Shown: positions 38,306 through 49,852, counted from the first letter of the whole stretch. The stretch: 63,306 nucleotides of DNA, filler included, from Basidiobolus ranarum (GCA_040143965.1; 31 parts of 31 records of this genome joined end to end with filler, not necessarily neighbours in it), one strand, 5' to 3'. Numbers and translations are program-made. Notes: a model not told the origin generated them from the sequence alone.

Positions 38306-38823
38306 CTCTGACAAAAATAAAATCAACTTGATCCAGATCAGATCCACCCTTGTGGATCACAAAACTGTGAGAGAACTGTCACAATATTGGTGGCTTGCAC
38401 TCTGCCAGGGATTTTGATGGTGAGATGGCAGCTTCTTGAAAGTATTTGTACAGTATTCATACATGTTAAAATATCAATCCTCATATTTGGCATGCATTAT
38501 TTAATTTCTGGCAATTTTTGCAAAAATTTAATTTTCAAAAGGCAACTGATTACACTGAAATATATACAAATCCAATACTTCCAGTCTAAGCATTTGAATA
38601 AATGCCTAGATGAGTGGATATTGATGGGAGTCCTGGCAAAATATGATGGTATCTTGATGTTTTCAAGCATTTTCCCAATTGATTGAAATTTTGATCCTAT
38701 CTCAAATGACTCACTCATTCATATTGAATTTTCCACTGTGTATCTGAGTAAGTAGCATGGTAATGTTTTTGAATAGTAAGTGCATAGTGCCTAATGGGAA
38801 GCTCTAGCTCCAGCTGATCCCCT
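38306..38823 (-). mobile_element. CACTA-like terminus A fused by deletion to transposase middle
   Basis: Degenerate TIR CTCTGACAAAAAT; IGKMLENIKIPSYFARTPINI..DWKYW. Confidence 0.75.
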
Positions 38824-39184
38824 NNNNNNNNNNNNNNNNNNNNNNNNNNNNNNNNNNNNNNNNNNNNTTAATTAATTAANNNNNNNNNNNNNNNNNNNNN
38901 NNNNNNNNNNNNNNNNNNNNNNNTACCATCACCAAAATGTTGAACGGTTCCAACAATTGACTCTGATGCACTTTCCACGACGATCGACATCATCATTTGA
39001 ATTCCGTTGATGTTCCATGTTGATACTCTGTACTTTTATCTAACACGTGTGTAGCGCAGAAAATGTGTATACTAGCCCTTTACAAGCCCTTGTAGATCAA
39101 TGAACGCATACGATGCCATATAGACCAAAATAAATCTTAATCATCGGCAATTCCTTCTACTCCTTGTGATCTTTTTTCCATTGT

Positions 39185-40867
39185 GGAATTTACTTAGAAT
39201 ATTGACACCAACTTAGAAGTTCTGAGATATATAGATTTTCAAACTTGTGCTAGAAGCCCCAAACTTTGCATACATGTTCTTGGGACCTTCTTTAACACAA
39301 TCTACATGTTGGTTTGCTTACATCTTGACCAAAGTAATAATGTCAACCTTCTACTCAATAGATCAATAAGTGAAAGCCAGTAATTTCCCTATTTTCTCCA
39401 AGCCACATCCAACAGGCTCCAAAATACTTTAGCACTAGAATCAAGGATTGAAAATATGACCTTGAATCATGAATTTGGCAAACTGATGGATGAAGTTATA
39501 TGCACATCTGGATCCAACCAAATACATGAAGAAAATGCTTTAATAGATTATGGGAAACCTTCCTGTAAATGTCTAAAGCAATTTCAGAAGAAAAGTAATA
39601 CATTCAGTGTTTACTGTATAGGAGCTGGTGATTTGAGTAAAGATTGCTTTAAGAAAATTGTAAAAAAAGAGAAACCTACTGAATCTGGAAAAGTCGTATA
39701 ACAGAAGATCACTTGTTCATATCTACTCCATCTTTAACTACCAATAAGGATCTTCAGCAATGGTATATTGATTGTGGAGCCTTCCAACATTTCATAAATG
39801 AACACATTGGTTTGTGGATTATGAAGAAATTCCAATTAGAATGGTTTGCATGGGAGATGACCATGCATTGGATGCCATTGGAATGGGAACAATTTGAGTC
39901 AATTTAACTGGTGCTTCCAAAGAGAATGTAAATACTGTTAAGGATGTATTATATGACCAGATATTGTCAAGAATTTAATACCTGTATGCAAGGCTACCTC
40001 AGAATGGCTAAAATACAATGATTGACATAGGAATTAATTAACTTTGGATGAAAGGGGTGAAAACTTATCCAAGCTTACATTATATCTAAGAGGTTTATGT
40101 GAAAATATAAGTTAATCCAATCAAGAAACCATTTAATTATGGCATGAGATCTGACCATATTGGATTTGACTTTTTAAGAAACATGATCAAAATTTCCTGA
40201 TTCAAACTAACCTACAAACCAAAATGTAAATTTGTAACAGTTGTATATTGAGAAAACAAGCCAGGCAACTGTTCATGAGCTCTGGTTTAATCAGATCTAT
40301 CAAAAAACCGGATCTAATTCATTTGGATATGTGTGAACCTATGCAAAATGCATCTTTAGGCTGAATAAGCTATTGAATCACATTCATTGATGATTATACA
40401 AGATATACTTAGGTCTACTTTGTGGAAAGAAAAGAAGAAGCTCTCTCTATCTTTGGATATTTTAAATTTCTATGATGACTGTTAATGGAACTAAATTCAA
40501 GTCAATACATTAGGGAAATGGCAGAGAATATATTTCAACACTAGTGGTTCACTTTTGTATAGTACATGGAATTTGTCAAGTATATTATCTTTATCATATT
40601 TGTGATCTCTATCTTTATACATCTAACTAGTTCCTATATCAAATATAAGTTAGTTAAGATTACTTAGTCAAATATCACTTAACTGCCGATCAGAACATAT
40701 ATTATATATATATGAATAATGTGAAAATTAGCAATTCCATATTGAAAATTTCAAACTCACCCAAATTGCCCCAAAAATAGCTTATTTTACTCCCACAGAT
40801 GATCTGAACACAACCCCAGTGTTACCTTTCTGTATTTCCACCAAAATGTATAAATGCTTTATTTCTG
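39185..40867 (+). mobile_element. LTR-C 3' part, highly decayed copia gag-pol (39435-40575), LTR-D part
   Basis: WYIDCGA protease, WH.R..H GAG-pre-integrase, DLIHLDMC..M and FIDDY.RY motifs. Confidence 0.8.
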
Positions 40868-40967
40868 NNNNNNNNNNNNNNNNNNNNNNNNNNNNNNNNN
40901 NNNNNNNNNNNTTAATTAATTAANNNNNNNNNNNNNNNNNNNNNNNNNNNNNNNNNNNNNNNNNNNN

Positions 40968-41219
40968 TATCGCGTAGAAGAATTTGTAAATATGAACCAG
41001 ATCAAAGACTTGCCCGAACTTCGGGTTGCCGATCCGGAGGACGCCATGTGCTCCGTATGCCTTGAGGAATATAACGATGGAGAGCTGGTTCGTAAACTAC
41101 GTTGCAATCATCATTTCCATCAGCACTGCTTGGATGAGTGGTTGTTAATCAACAAGTATTGTCCATTGTGCAAAGCCAATGCATGTCCAACTACCGATGA
41201 CAATCAGGAAAATGCTTGA
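40968..41219 (+). CDS. RING-H2 E3 ubiquitin ligase, C-terminal part
   Basis: CSVCLEEY..GE.VRKLRCNHHFHQHCLDEWL....CPLCK. Confidence 0.93.
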   Translation, partial: YRVEEFVNMNQIKDLPELRVADPEDAMCSVCLEEYNDGELVRKLRCNHHFHQHCLDEWLLINKYCPLCKANACPTTDDNQENA

Positions 41220-41703
41220 CCTAGTCTCGAATGAAACATGCGAATGATGGGAGTTTTGTCAGGTGGAATTTGCTCATTAGATTGCTCATCTGGCTGTTAA
41301 CCTTGTCGAGTCACGTGTCAAACCATTTCGCCGCTCCTCGGCTAGAATATTCTTTTTGGATCCTTTTGAGTCCTTGTTTCACGATCACGTTAAATAAAAT
41401 GGGATACCTTCTGTTTATGCTTAATTCCTTTTTCGGTAAGAAGATTGACAAATTCCAGTGCCAAGACACAACTGGGCTTTCTAAATATATTCAAGCACAG
41501 TTAGTGATGTCTGGGGTATTTGATAGAGTGTCAATGGCCGTCTATTTAAGGTGCAGGGTGGTTGGTAGAGTCAGACCGGCTCTATACATGATTTCTTAGA
41601 TCCGAATTCATAGGATAGACATCTGCTACCAAACCAAAGTGCTTTCATTTCAATTAAGCCAAGTAAAATATGGGCTAGAATATTCTAATGAAGAGGTGCA
41701 TGC

Positions 41704-41995
41704 TGTTGAAGTATTTGGGAGCCTGTTGGAAGTAGTTTGGAGAACTAGAGAAATTAGTGGGTTTCATTTGTTGATTTATAGAGTAGAAACTTAACATTAA
41801 TAATTTTGTCAAGATGTAAATATGCCAACATGTAGAATGTGTCAAAGAATGTCCCAGAAACATGTATGCAAAGTTTGGGACATGTAGCTCAAGTTGGAAA
41901 AATCTATATATCAGAGAACTTATAAGTTGGTAAGAATATTCTAAGTAAATTCCAATTGAGAATAATAGATAATATCTTAGTGAAATATAAGATAG
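41704..41995 (-). mobile_element. LTR-C copy, 5'-truncated, inverted relative to 42020-42366
   Basis: Starts TGTTGAAGTATTTGGGAG on the plus strand. Confidence 0.8.
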
Positions 41996-42019
41996 CCATG
42001 AGAACTTCAAAGTATATTC

Positions 42020-42378
42020 TGTTGAACTTAGCTTTGCCTAAACACCTATATATTCATATACAGCTTAGTACTTAGTTATCTTTTATTTCACTAAGATATT
42101 TTCCATTATTTGCATAAGGAATTTACTTAGAATATTGACACCAACTTAGAAGTTCTCAGATATATAGATTTATCAAACTTGTGCTCAAAGCCTCAAACTT
42201 TGCACAAATGTTTCTGAGACCTTCCTTAACATATTCTACATTTTAGATTGCTTACATCTTGACAAAACTATAAACATCAACTTTCTACTCAATAAATCAA
42301 CAAGTGAAAACCACCAATTTCTCTAATTCTCCAAACCACTTCCAACAGGCTCCCAAATACTTAACAGGTTATGAGCCT
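42020..42378 (+). mobile_element. Copia 5' LTR family C (42020-42366) with PBS GGTTATGAGCC
   Basis: TG...CA ends, followed directly by the copia-type PBS complementary to the tRNAiMet anticodon arm. Confidence 0.88.
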
Positions 42379-42480
42379 TGAGCTTGCACTCTCTGTATTG
42401 TCTACTTCTCAAATTTATGGAATTTTTCCCTCTTCTGAAAAATTGGGCAGAACCTATTAAAATTATTTAGGGAGAAATAT

Positions 42481-42553
42481 TGGTCTGGCCAGGATTTGCA
42501 CCTGGGACCTCCTTCACAATAGCAAGGTGCTCTAACCACTGAGCTACCAGTCC
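42481..42553 (-). ncRNA. tRNA-like cassette in the TRIM 3' LTR
   Basis: GGACTGG-TAGCTCAGTGGTTAGAGC...CCAGG-TGCAAAT-CCTGG-CCAGACCA; B box mutated. Confidence 0.75.
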
Positions 42554-42813
42554 TTGTATATTATGACTATATTGCTAGGGAACCTTAATCTAGTCAGTCA
42601 ATGTATGGTACTTTGGCATTTCAGCTATACAAGCAACTGATTGGCCTTAGACTTTGTGTTCAGATGTGGTCACCATACTCCATATTTTCCTCTTTGGGAT
42701 TTATTGCTTGTACCACAAGTCACCAGACTTTCAACATTCCCCCTCAAGCAGGATTTCCAGATTTAGCACTAACTGGGGCTCATAACCTATTGAAATTATT
42801 TAGGGAGAAATAT

Positions 42814-42886
42814 TGGTCTGGCCAGGATTTGAACCTGGGGCCTCCTTCACTCTAGCAAAGTGCTCTAACCACTGAGCTACCAGTCC
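42814..42886 (-). ncRNA. tRNA-like cassette in the TRIM 5' LTR
   Basis: 73 nt; A box TAGCTCAGTGG, B box GGTTCAAATCC; D and T stems pair; anticodon arm degenerate. Confidence 0.8.
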
Positions 42887-43011
42887 TTGTATGCTATGCC
42901 TATATTGCTAGNNNNNNNNNNNNNNNNNNNNNNNNNNNNNNNNNNNNNNNNNNNNTTAATTAATTAANNNNNNNNNNNNNNNNNNNNNNNNNNNNNNNNN
43001 NNNNNNNNNNN

Positions 43012-44954
43012 ATAGAAGAGTTCTATTTGCAGTGGATTAGTATGCCAAGATCAGAATCATGACAGTATCCCCTTCTTTAGTGATGGCTTCCAGACATCAT
43101 AGGGCCAGGTTTTCCTGGGTAGGCTTCATGAAACTCCTGGCAAAGTTTCTTGGAATTGGAAAGATTTGTTGCTGGCTCCCATGATTGATTATTTGTTGAG
43201 TATTCCTTCCAGTCCACAAAATATTGCAATTTATGTTTATAAATTCTGGAATCCAAAATTTTGCTAACTTCATATTCAGGGTGTTCTTCCACATGGATTG
43301 CTGGGGGTGTATAAATGGATTGGCCCTGGAAGGTGTTTCTGGTGTATGGCTCTAAGAGAGACATATGGAATACATTGTGGACTTTGAAATGGGATAGTAG
43401 TTTAAGGCAGAAGGCTATTGAATTGATTTGCTTAATAATCTTAAAAGGCCCTAGTCTTTAATGATCAAGTTTATCACAAGGTCAAGTGGTTTTGATATTT
43501 TTCCGGCAGGGCAAGGTAGATTGGAAGTGGGTGACTTGTAAAACAAGGATGGATCCATAATTTGTAAAGAAGGGAGTTTGTTTTGTTGAGGTATGATAAG
43601 AGTTGTTGTAAGTAAATTCAGCAAGAGGCAAGAGTTGTGTCCAATTATCCTGATTATAGTTGATAGTGCATCGCAAATATTGTTCCAAAACTTGATTGAC
43701 TCTTTCTGTTTGGCCATCAGATTGGGGGTGGAAGGCAGTGGAGAGATTGGCAGAGATACCCAAGGTATGGAGGAGACTTTTCCAGAATTTGGAAGCAAAC
43801 TGAGGTCCTCAGTCAGAGATGATAGTTTCAGGGAGGCCATGTAGGTGGAAGATGTTTTGAGTTACCAATTCTGCTGTTTGTTTTGCATCAATTGACTTGT
43901 TGCAGGGCACAAAGTGGGCCATCTTTGTTAGATGGTCAACAATTACCAGAATTGAATCATATTTGGCAGACATGGGTAAATCAGTTATGAAATCCAGGGA
44001 TATGGATTTCCACTGCTGATCAGGAATTGGAAGTGGCTGTAGGAGGCCATAGGGCTGATGTCTTGGAGTCTTCACTTGAGCACAAGTATCACAGGTGGAA
44101 ACATAAGTCTTAACAAATGCAAACATTTTGGGCCACCAATAATCCCTGGATGCCAACATATATGATTTGGCAACACCAAAGTGTCCTGCTAGTGGTGAGT
44201 CATGTCTTTCCTGCATGATTTTGAGTCTGGAAGTGTGGTCTGGAATGTAAAGGCGCTTCTTATAAAACAAGAGATCATTGATGATAGAGAAATGGCAGTA
44301 CAAGTTCAAGCTTGAGAGGTCTTTGGGTGTTCCTGGGCTTTGTTGATTGATATTACCAATTGGTCTTCTGATTGAAGTTTGTGGATGTCTTCATGGAATG
44401 TGCTTGAACTAGGCAGAGAAAGAGCAGCTGCACTAATTTGAATTTGGTAGGGCTTCAGTAAGGAAGTATTTTGTTGGCTCAAGGCCTCATCCCCTTCTTT
44501 AGGCTGATACTCTGCTCTACGTGATAAGGCATTGGGTTTTCCTTGCTGGCTACCTGGTTGATATGTAATCACAAAATCAAAACTGGCACAAAATAATGAC
44601 CATCTTGCTTGAAGATGGTTGAGAACTTTAGTTGTACTAAAATACTGGAGATTCTTGTGATCACAATAAACTGTGATTTTGTGATTTGCTCCATTCAAGT
44701 ATTGTTGCCATTGTTCAAATGCAGCAATAATTGCTAATAGTTCCTTGTCATAGATGTCATAGTTGATTTCTGCAGCAGAGAACTTTCTTGAGTAAAAGGC
44801 AACAGGGTGCAGTAAGTTGTCATCAACAAACTGTGAAAGTACTGCTCCTAGAGCAAAGTCAGCTGCATCAGCTTTAACAATAAATGTTATATCTAGCTTG
44901 GGATGTGCCAGGATTGGGGCTGAGGTAAAAGCACTCTTTAAAGTTACAAATGCT
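43012..44954 (-). mobile_element. Gypsy chromovirus RNase H-integrase-chromodomain, PPT, LTR start (43064)
   Basis: DHKNLQYF, HDSPLAGHFG..YWWP..CDTC, FHPQSDGQTERVNQ, EYEVSKILDSR..QYFVDWK..SWEP; stops and frameshifts. Confidence 0.95.
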
Positions 44955-45054
44955 NNNNNNNNNNNNNNNNNNNNNNNNNNNNNNNNNNNNNNNNNNNNTT
45001 AATTAATTAANNNNNNNNNNNNNNNNNNNNNNNNNNNNNNNNNNNNNNNNNNNN

Positions 45055-45168
45055 GTCGATGCTGTGCCCGCTCATGCTGGGGCTGCTGCAGACGCTGGTG
45101 ACGACGATGTCGTTGATGCTGACGCCGACGACGATGGCGACGACGATGATGACAATAGTGATAATTAA
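45055..45168 (+). CDS. Acidic (Asp/Ala-rich) C-terminal tail of an unknown host gene
   Basis: VDAVPAHAGAAADAGDDDVVDADADDDGDDDDDNSDN*; GC-rich then AT-rich 3' flank. Confidence 0.5.
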   Translation, partial: VDAVPAHAGAAADAGDDDVVDADADDDGDDDDDNSDN

Positions 45169-46885
45169 GGGAACATCGATGGTGGAATCTTATTTTCCTA
45201 TTTATCACAAGTGAGATTTCAATAGTTTACTTGTGGTAATCTATGGTAACTTTTGAGTTTGCATTGAGCTATTTGTTTGGAAAGTTGACCTTTATCAAGC
45301 CAATGAAAGCAAAGTATTTTTTTAATGTACATTCCGTAGTATATCAAGTATCATTTTTACCAACATTCATATTTAAGACCAAATATCCAATTTTTACTGT
45401 CGAACAACAGAATTAGGTCCAATATTAAACATTAATTAAATGTTTCATAAGCAATTTTTATTCTCTTACTGTGCCTGGTGCTTTATATTTGTAAAGTTAA
45501 AGGCATGATTAACAGTTTTGTAACAACACAAATTCAATTATTTTTAGGATCCGAAGCATTGGCCCTTTTACCTCTGGATGTATACTTTGACATAAGCATG
45601 ATCCTTCGTCGAGATTTGGCTGTTGAATGAAACTTGTGTTAAGATGCTTGTGATTTATAATTTATATATAGGATCATCTCTAGAAGCAATTAAAACATTA
45701 TGAATGTTCGAATTCGTTAGTTAATATAGAGCCTAGCACGGGATTACAAGTTTCAATATAAAATACAGTACTCTTGATTATATTCGTGCTAATTGATAGA
45801 ATCAAATACTATAATACTAATGTTTTCTTACAATATTATTCAATACTTTAGCTAATGAAGGCACATGTTCAGAAATTGCGAGACCGAGACGAGAGCAACA
45901 AAATTTTCTCACTAAACCATTAAAGGAGACTTGTTATATATATGAATAGGGGATATCAACTGTTCTTGGCATCGTTGAATACAATTTAATTACTAATGGA
46001 TTAGTTAGTAAGTCCTTAGCCCACTTTCACTGTACCCATCTCTCCATTATAGTTGTTGGACTCTCCATGACAATAGATTCACCTCGGTTAAGCACAAACT
46101 GACCATCCACATGTAAAATATGGAACTCGTAGGAGCATGTACACCTCTCGATTCTTCATCCGCCACATGAAATAAAGGTGAAAAAGTAGCTTTCGCCATA
46201 CTCAAGAGAAATACACTGTTTTAATTAGCACTTCATAACTAAGCAATTTATCATTATTTTACTACTGTAATAATAGTTTTACTACCTCCTGCGTCAACAT
46301 ATTCGAGATAACTTCTAGGCTACCTTACTTGTACTTAGATCTAAATGCTTGATTCGATCGATTTTGTTGTTACTTGAGTACAACCCTCTTGCTTTATTGA
46401 GTAATAATCCAATATGAGCCCAACTGCCTTTATTAGTGATATATATTTGTTCCATGTTGTCAAAATCGGAAAGGTCCCCTATATTAAGTTAGCGGCATAA
46501 AATTAGAAATTACTCATTTGATGAAGTGATCCTAACACCCTACACGATGGGCTACTCTCAACTATCTTTAGTATGGATTTTTATTTCAGTATCAAAGAAG
46601 GAATTAACAAGAACGGAGTTGATGGAGATATTGAATATGCAATAGGAAGCATAGGGTATCACTATATATTGCGCTCAAGCTTCTATTCTTACTTGCTCCT
46701 TGGTTGGGTATGAATTTCTCATTTCATTTGGAAGATAATTCAGTTTATGAACCCGAAACCAAGAAATCACATTAAACTATATTCATCTTTCGTGAAAACA
46801 GCTACCAAAGTTTCTCTATCCACTATAAAAGCTTGAACCTTCATACCATCTATAACAGTATACCTATATCTACAACAAACACATC

Positions 46886-46996
46886 ATGAAGTACCTTTGC
46901 AACATTAGTCTTCTTACCATCGCTCTAGTATCTTGGGCTGTTGCAGATTGCACTGAGAGTGCTGTACAATGCTCTGGTGATATGATCCAAATATGA
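46886..46996 (+). CDS. Small secreted Cys-containing protein, 5' part
   Basis: TATAAAA at 46824; MKYLCNISLLTIALVSWAVA|DCTESAVQCSGDMIQI; the last codon at the contig edge reads TGA. Confidence 0.5.
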   Translation: MKYLCNISLLTIALVSWAVADCTESAVQCSGDMIQI

Positions 46997-47096
46997 NNNN
47001 NNNNNNNNNNNNNNNNNNNNNNNNNNNNNNNNNNNNNNNNTTAATTAATTAANNNNNNNNNNNNNNNNNNNNNNNNNNNNNNNNNNNNNNNNNNNN

Positions 47097-47368
47097 ATAG
47101 GGCAGACATATATAGATGAACCCTGTGCATGCTTACCTGATTTGCTTGTTCTAATTTTAGCCTCTTGGCAAAGATCCTTTTGCTGAGATCTTTGGTCAAA
47201 TGGCCTGGTTTCTCAAAGTACTGACCAATAATTAATTTCCTATTGGGGGCACAATTATTGAATCCTATTGGCCAATATTGAGCTCTAACAAAGCTGATCT
47301 GCATGTTTAGCTGAGAATCAGATCTCCTTAATTCCTCATTCAAAAGTCTGGCACCAACATATTCCATT
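47097..47368 (-). pseudogene. Copia gag zinc-knuckle remnant
   Basis: IIGQYFEKPGHLTKDLSKR resembles a decayed CX2CX4HX4C. Confidence 0.45.
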
Positions 47369-47900
47369 GGACTTGTTCCATCAGACCAGGTCAGATCATG
47401 CTGTTCAATCCAGCATGCTAGTACACCATCTGGCACAATCTGTCAATTACCATGGCTGGGTCATATAATACTCAATTGGACACTATGAGGGACAATATGG
47501 CACTATCCCACCACAATTGGACACAATGTTTTTATTGGAGATATTGTGCCAGCCCATACCAAGTTACCCAATTTAGTATTGCCAAATTAAGATTTTGTGT
47601 AACTGACAAAGCAAGTCTGTCCCCTGGTTTGTAACTTACAAATTACTGAATATGTAACAAAAAACAATCTATGCTGTTACTAACCCAATCAAATGTATAA
47701 CCAAGACATTCACATGCTTTTAGGCCAATCATTTGTCCCTCACTAACACAGTATCCTGATTTTGAATTGGGCCCAATGGCACTTGCATTGCAAAATACCA
47801 GTAGTCTTGGCACCCTGGTGACAAATCACTGTACTTGATGATGGATTGATCTGCAGTATGATGGTAGTGATCAGGATTGCTTGAGTCACCATTCTTAGAT
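47369..47900. mobile_element. PHIS-family element end (TIR GGACTTGTTCCAT) with GGCAC/GTGCC subterminal motifs
   Basis: Reverse complement of 59332-59806; flanked by ATT. Confidence 0.7.
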
Positions 47901-48209
47901 CAGCAAATTATTCATTCAATGATGTAAGCTTCTAATTGGATGAGAATGTAAACAAATTAAGCCATATCAAGCCAATACAGCTGCACAAGCTTTTTATTGA
48001 CAGACATTTTTCATTTAATTGTAGTGAAATTGCATGTATTAATAGGCTATCATTGCTTTTTTTGATAAATGACAAATTCATACAATCAATGTTTTATAAG
48101 GACATAAGTGATTGTGATCCAACTAAAGCAATTTATGCTATACTTAACTGCAATCCATATCAATTTTTTAAGATGTGCTAAACAGTAAAGATAGGACAAC
48201 ATATATATT

Positions 48210-49037
48210 AGACTTGTTCCATTATATTGAGCCAGATCAGGCCAGCTAAAAAGTGTGCTGGCACAAATTGGCATGATTGGGCCCTATCTGGCACAATGAT
48301 ATTTACCATTTTGGAAACAGTTCATTTTATTTATGTGGTATATTTAAGAAAAGTACTTTTAGATATTATTGCACATTCAAAAGACAATGAAAGCTTTATT
48401 CATATTGTCTTAAGTCTAGAGCTCTCAATGGAGATCTTTGAGTATGAATGTATTGATAACTAATCAAGATTTTGACTACTTTGGCTAACTTTGATTGAGG
48501 CCCACAAAATGATTTTCCTCTATACCTTCCTGCTACAATGCTATATCTCTTTAAGAAACCAAAGCTATGTTCTACTCTAGCCCTAAAATAGGAAAAAAAA
48601 AAGTCATTTTAAAGCTTTTGCCTCTCTGCGAGTATCCTTCCTCTGGCCCTCTTGTTAGCAGTGACACATCCTAGCCTTCTGCATTCTTCCCCAACATATG
48701 CCAAATCAGCCATAGTCTTTGCATATCTTATAAATGGTGCATGCCTCTCAACCCAAAGCCTTTTGTCATGATGTCTTCCTGGATATGGCTGACTGAACCA
48801 AATGATGTTTCCTTCCAAATCTGTGAAAGCCTGGAACTTTACACAGTGGGCTTTGTACTTGCCAGAATAGAATAGCTTTTGGTTGCTTTTGGGCCTGTTA
48901 ATTCTGACTGGAAATGTGTCAAGAATACTTCTGATATGAACTCTATTGGGAAATACTCCAGGAAATGGAAGGAAATTAGAGTCTCTAAATCTTTTGTCCC
49001 AGGCATCTTCAACATCATTCATCACTGAAGCTAGATA
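48210..49037 (-). mobile_element. PHIS (Harbinger-like) DDE transposase pseudogene 48396-49037 running to TIR at 48210
   Basis: LDTFPVRINRP, YSGKYKAHCVKFQ, PGRHHD, MADLAYVG, then after a stop/frameshift RARVEHSFGFLK; TIR AGACTTGTTCCAT after ATT. Confidence 0.88.
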
Positions 49038-49137
49038 NNNNNNNNNNNNNNNNNNNNNNNNNNNNNNNNNNNNNNNNNNNNTTAATTAATTAANNNNNNN
49101 NNNNNNNNNNNNNNNNNNNNNNNNNNNNNNNNNNNNN

Positions 49138-49365
49138 AAACTTGAAGAAACTATCAACAGTACTATCAGCTGGTTGGATGCAAATCAAGAAGCTTCTAAG
49201 GAAGAGTACGAAGAGAAGCAAAAAGATTTGGAAGGTGTTGCCAATCCTATTATGACCAAGATGTACCAGGCTACTGGTGGGGCCCCTGGTGGCTTCCCAG
49301 GAGCTGCTCCAGGAGGGTTCCCAGGTAGTGACAACAGTGAACCAACTGTTGAAGAATTGGATTAA
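49138..49365 (+). CDS. Cytosolic Hsp70 (Ssa-type) C-terminus
   Basis: [43 protein letters not shown] repeats, terminal PTVEELD. Confidence 0.95.
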   Translation, partial: KLEETINSTISWLDANQEASKEEYEEKQKDLEGVANPIMTKMYQATGGAPGGFPGAAPGGFPGSDNSEPTVEELD

Positions 49366-49776
49366 GCTTAGATTGAAATTTGAGTTTTGTTCCGCATGTA
49401 TTTTACTATGTACAATATTTACAAAAGAATACCCGATTCTAAATAATACCAAGCATATCTTGGATATCAATAATAAATATTACGTTTCAACACAATCAGA
49501 AAACTTATCTTAAAGTGACGGTTGATTTATATAAAAGAGACTACTTTTGATTGAGAAAGAACAATCACATTTGAATGAGAGAATAAACTTTAGTTGACTT
49601 TAGAATGCATTGACGAAAATATTGCCAAATTATTATGAATCATTATCCGATCAGAGAATGAAAGGTTTACTGCTTGAATAGCTCACCCTGTCCAGGAGTT
49701 CCTGTCGTATTTTTCCTAGCACACCGATATTGATTATTATTTTGAATGTATTGATATTAAAAATCAGATATGACGA

Positions 49777-49852
49777 GAGCTCAACCGGGAATTGAACCCG
49801 GGACCTCCCTCCATGACCCGAACGAGGAATCATACGACTAGACCATTGAGCC
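49777..49852 (-). tRNA. tRNA-Pro(CGG)-like gene with atypical anticodon arm
   Basis: GGCTCAA-TGGTCTAGTCGTATGAT...TTCGGGT...CCGGGTTCAATTCCCGG-TTGAGCTC; T5 terminator about 14 nt downstream. Confidence 0.75.

Larger units (their letters stand above)
42455..42911 (-). mobile_element. TRIM with tRNA-like LTRs: 5' LTR (42788-42911, truncated), PBS 42775-42787, PPT 42737-42745, 3' LTR 42455-42736
   Basis: Direct repeats flank a 51-nt non-coding core that starts GGTTATGAGCCCC and ends GAGGGGGAA before TGTTGAAA. Confidence 0.88.

Noticed and set aside
42481-42886. Two functional tRNA genes with encoded CCA
   Set aside because: The anticodon arms differ and pair poorly, the terminal CCA is acceptor stem plus discriminator, and both lie inside LTRs.
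44999-45208. His/Arg-rich protamine-like ORF on the minus strand
   Set aside because: It is the antisense shadow of GAC/GAT/GCT codons of an acidic tail on the plus strand.
49351-49365. Hsp70 ending EELD instead of EEVD as a novelty
   Set aside because: A conservative variant that occurs in other cytosolic Hsp70s; nothing else unusual.
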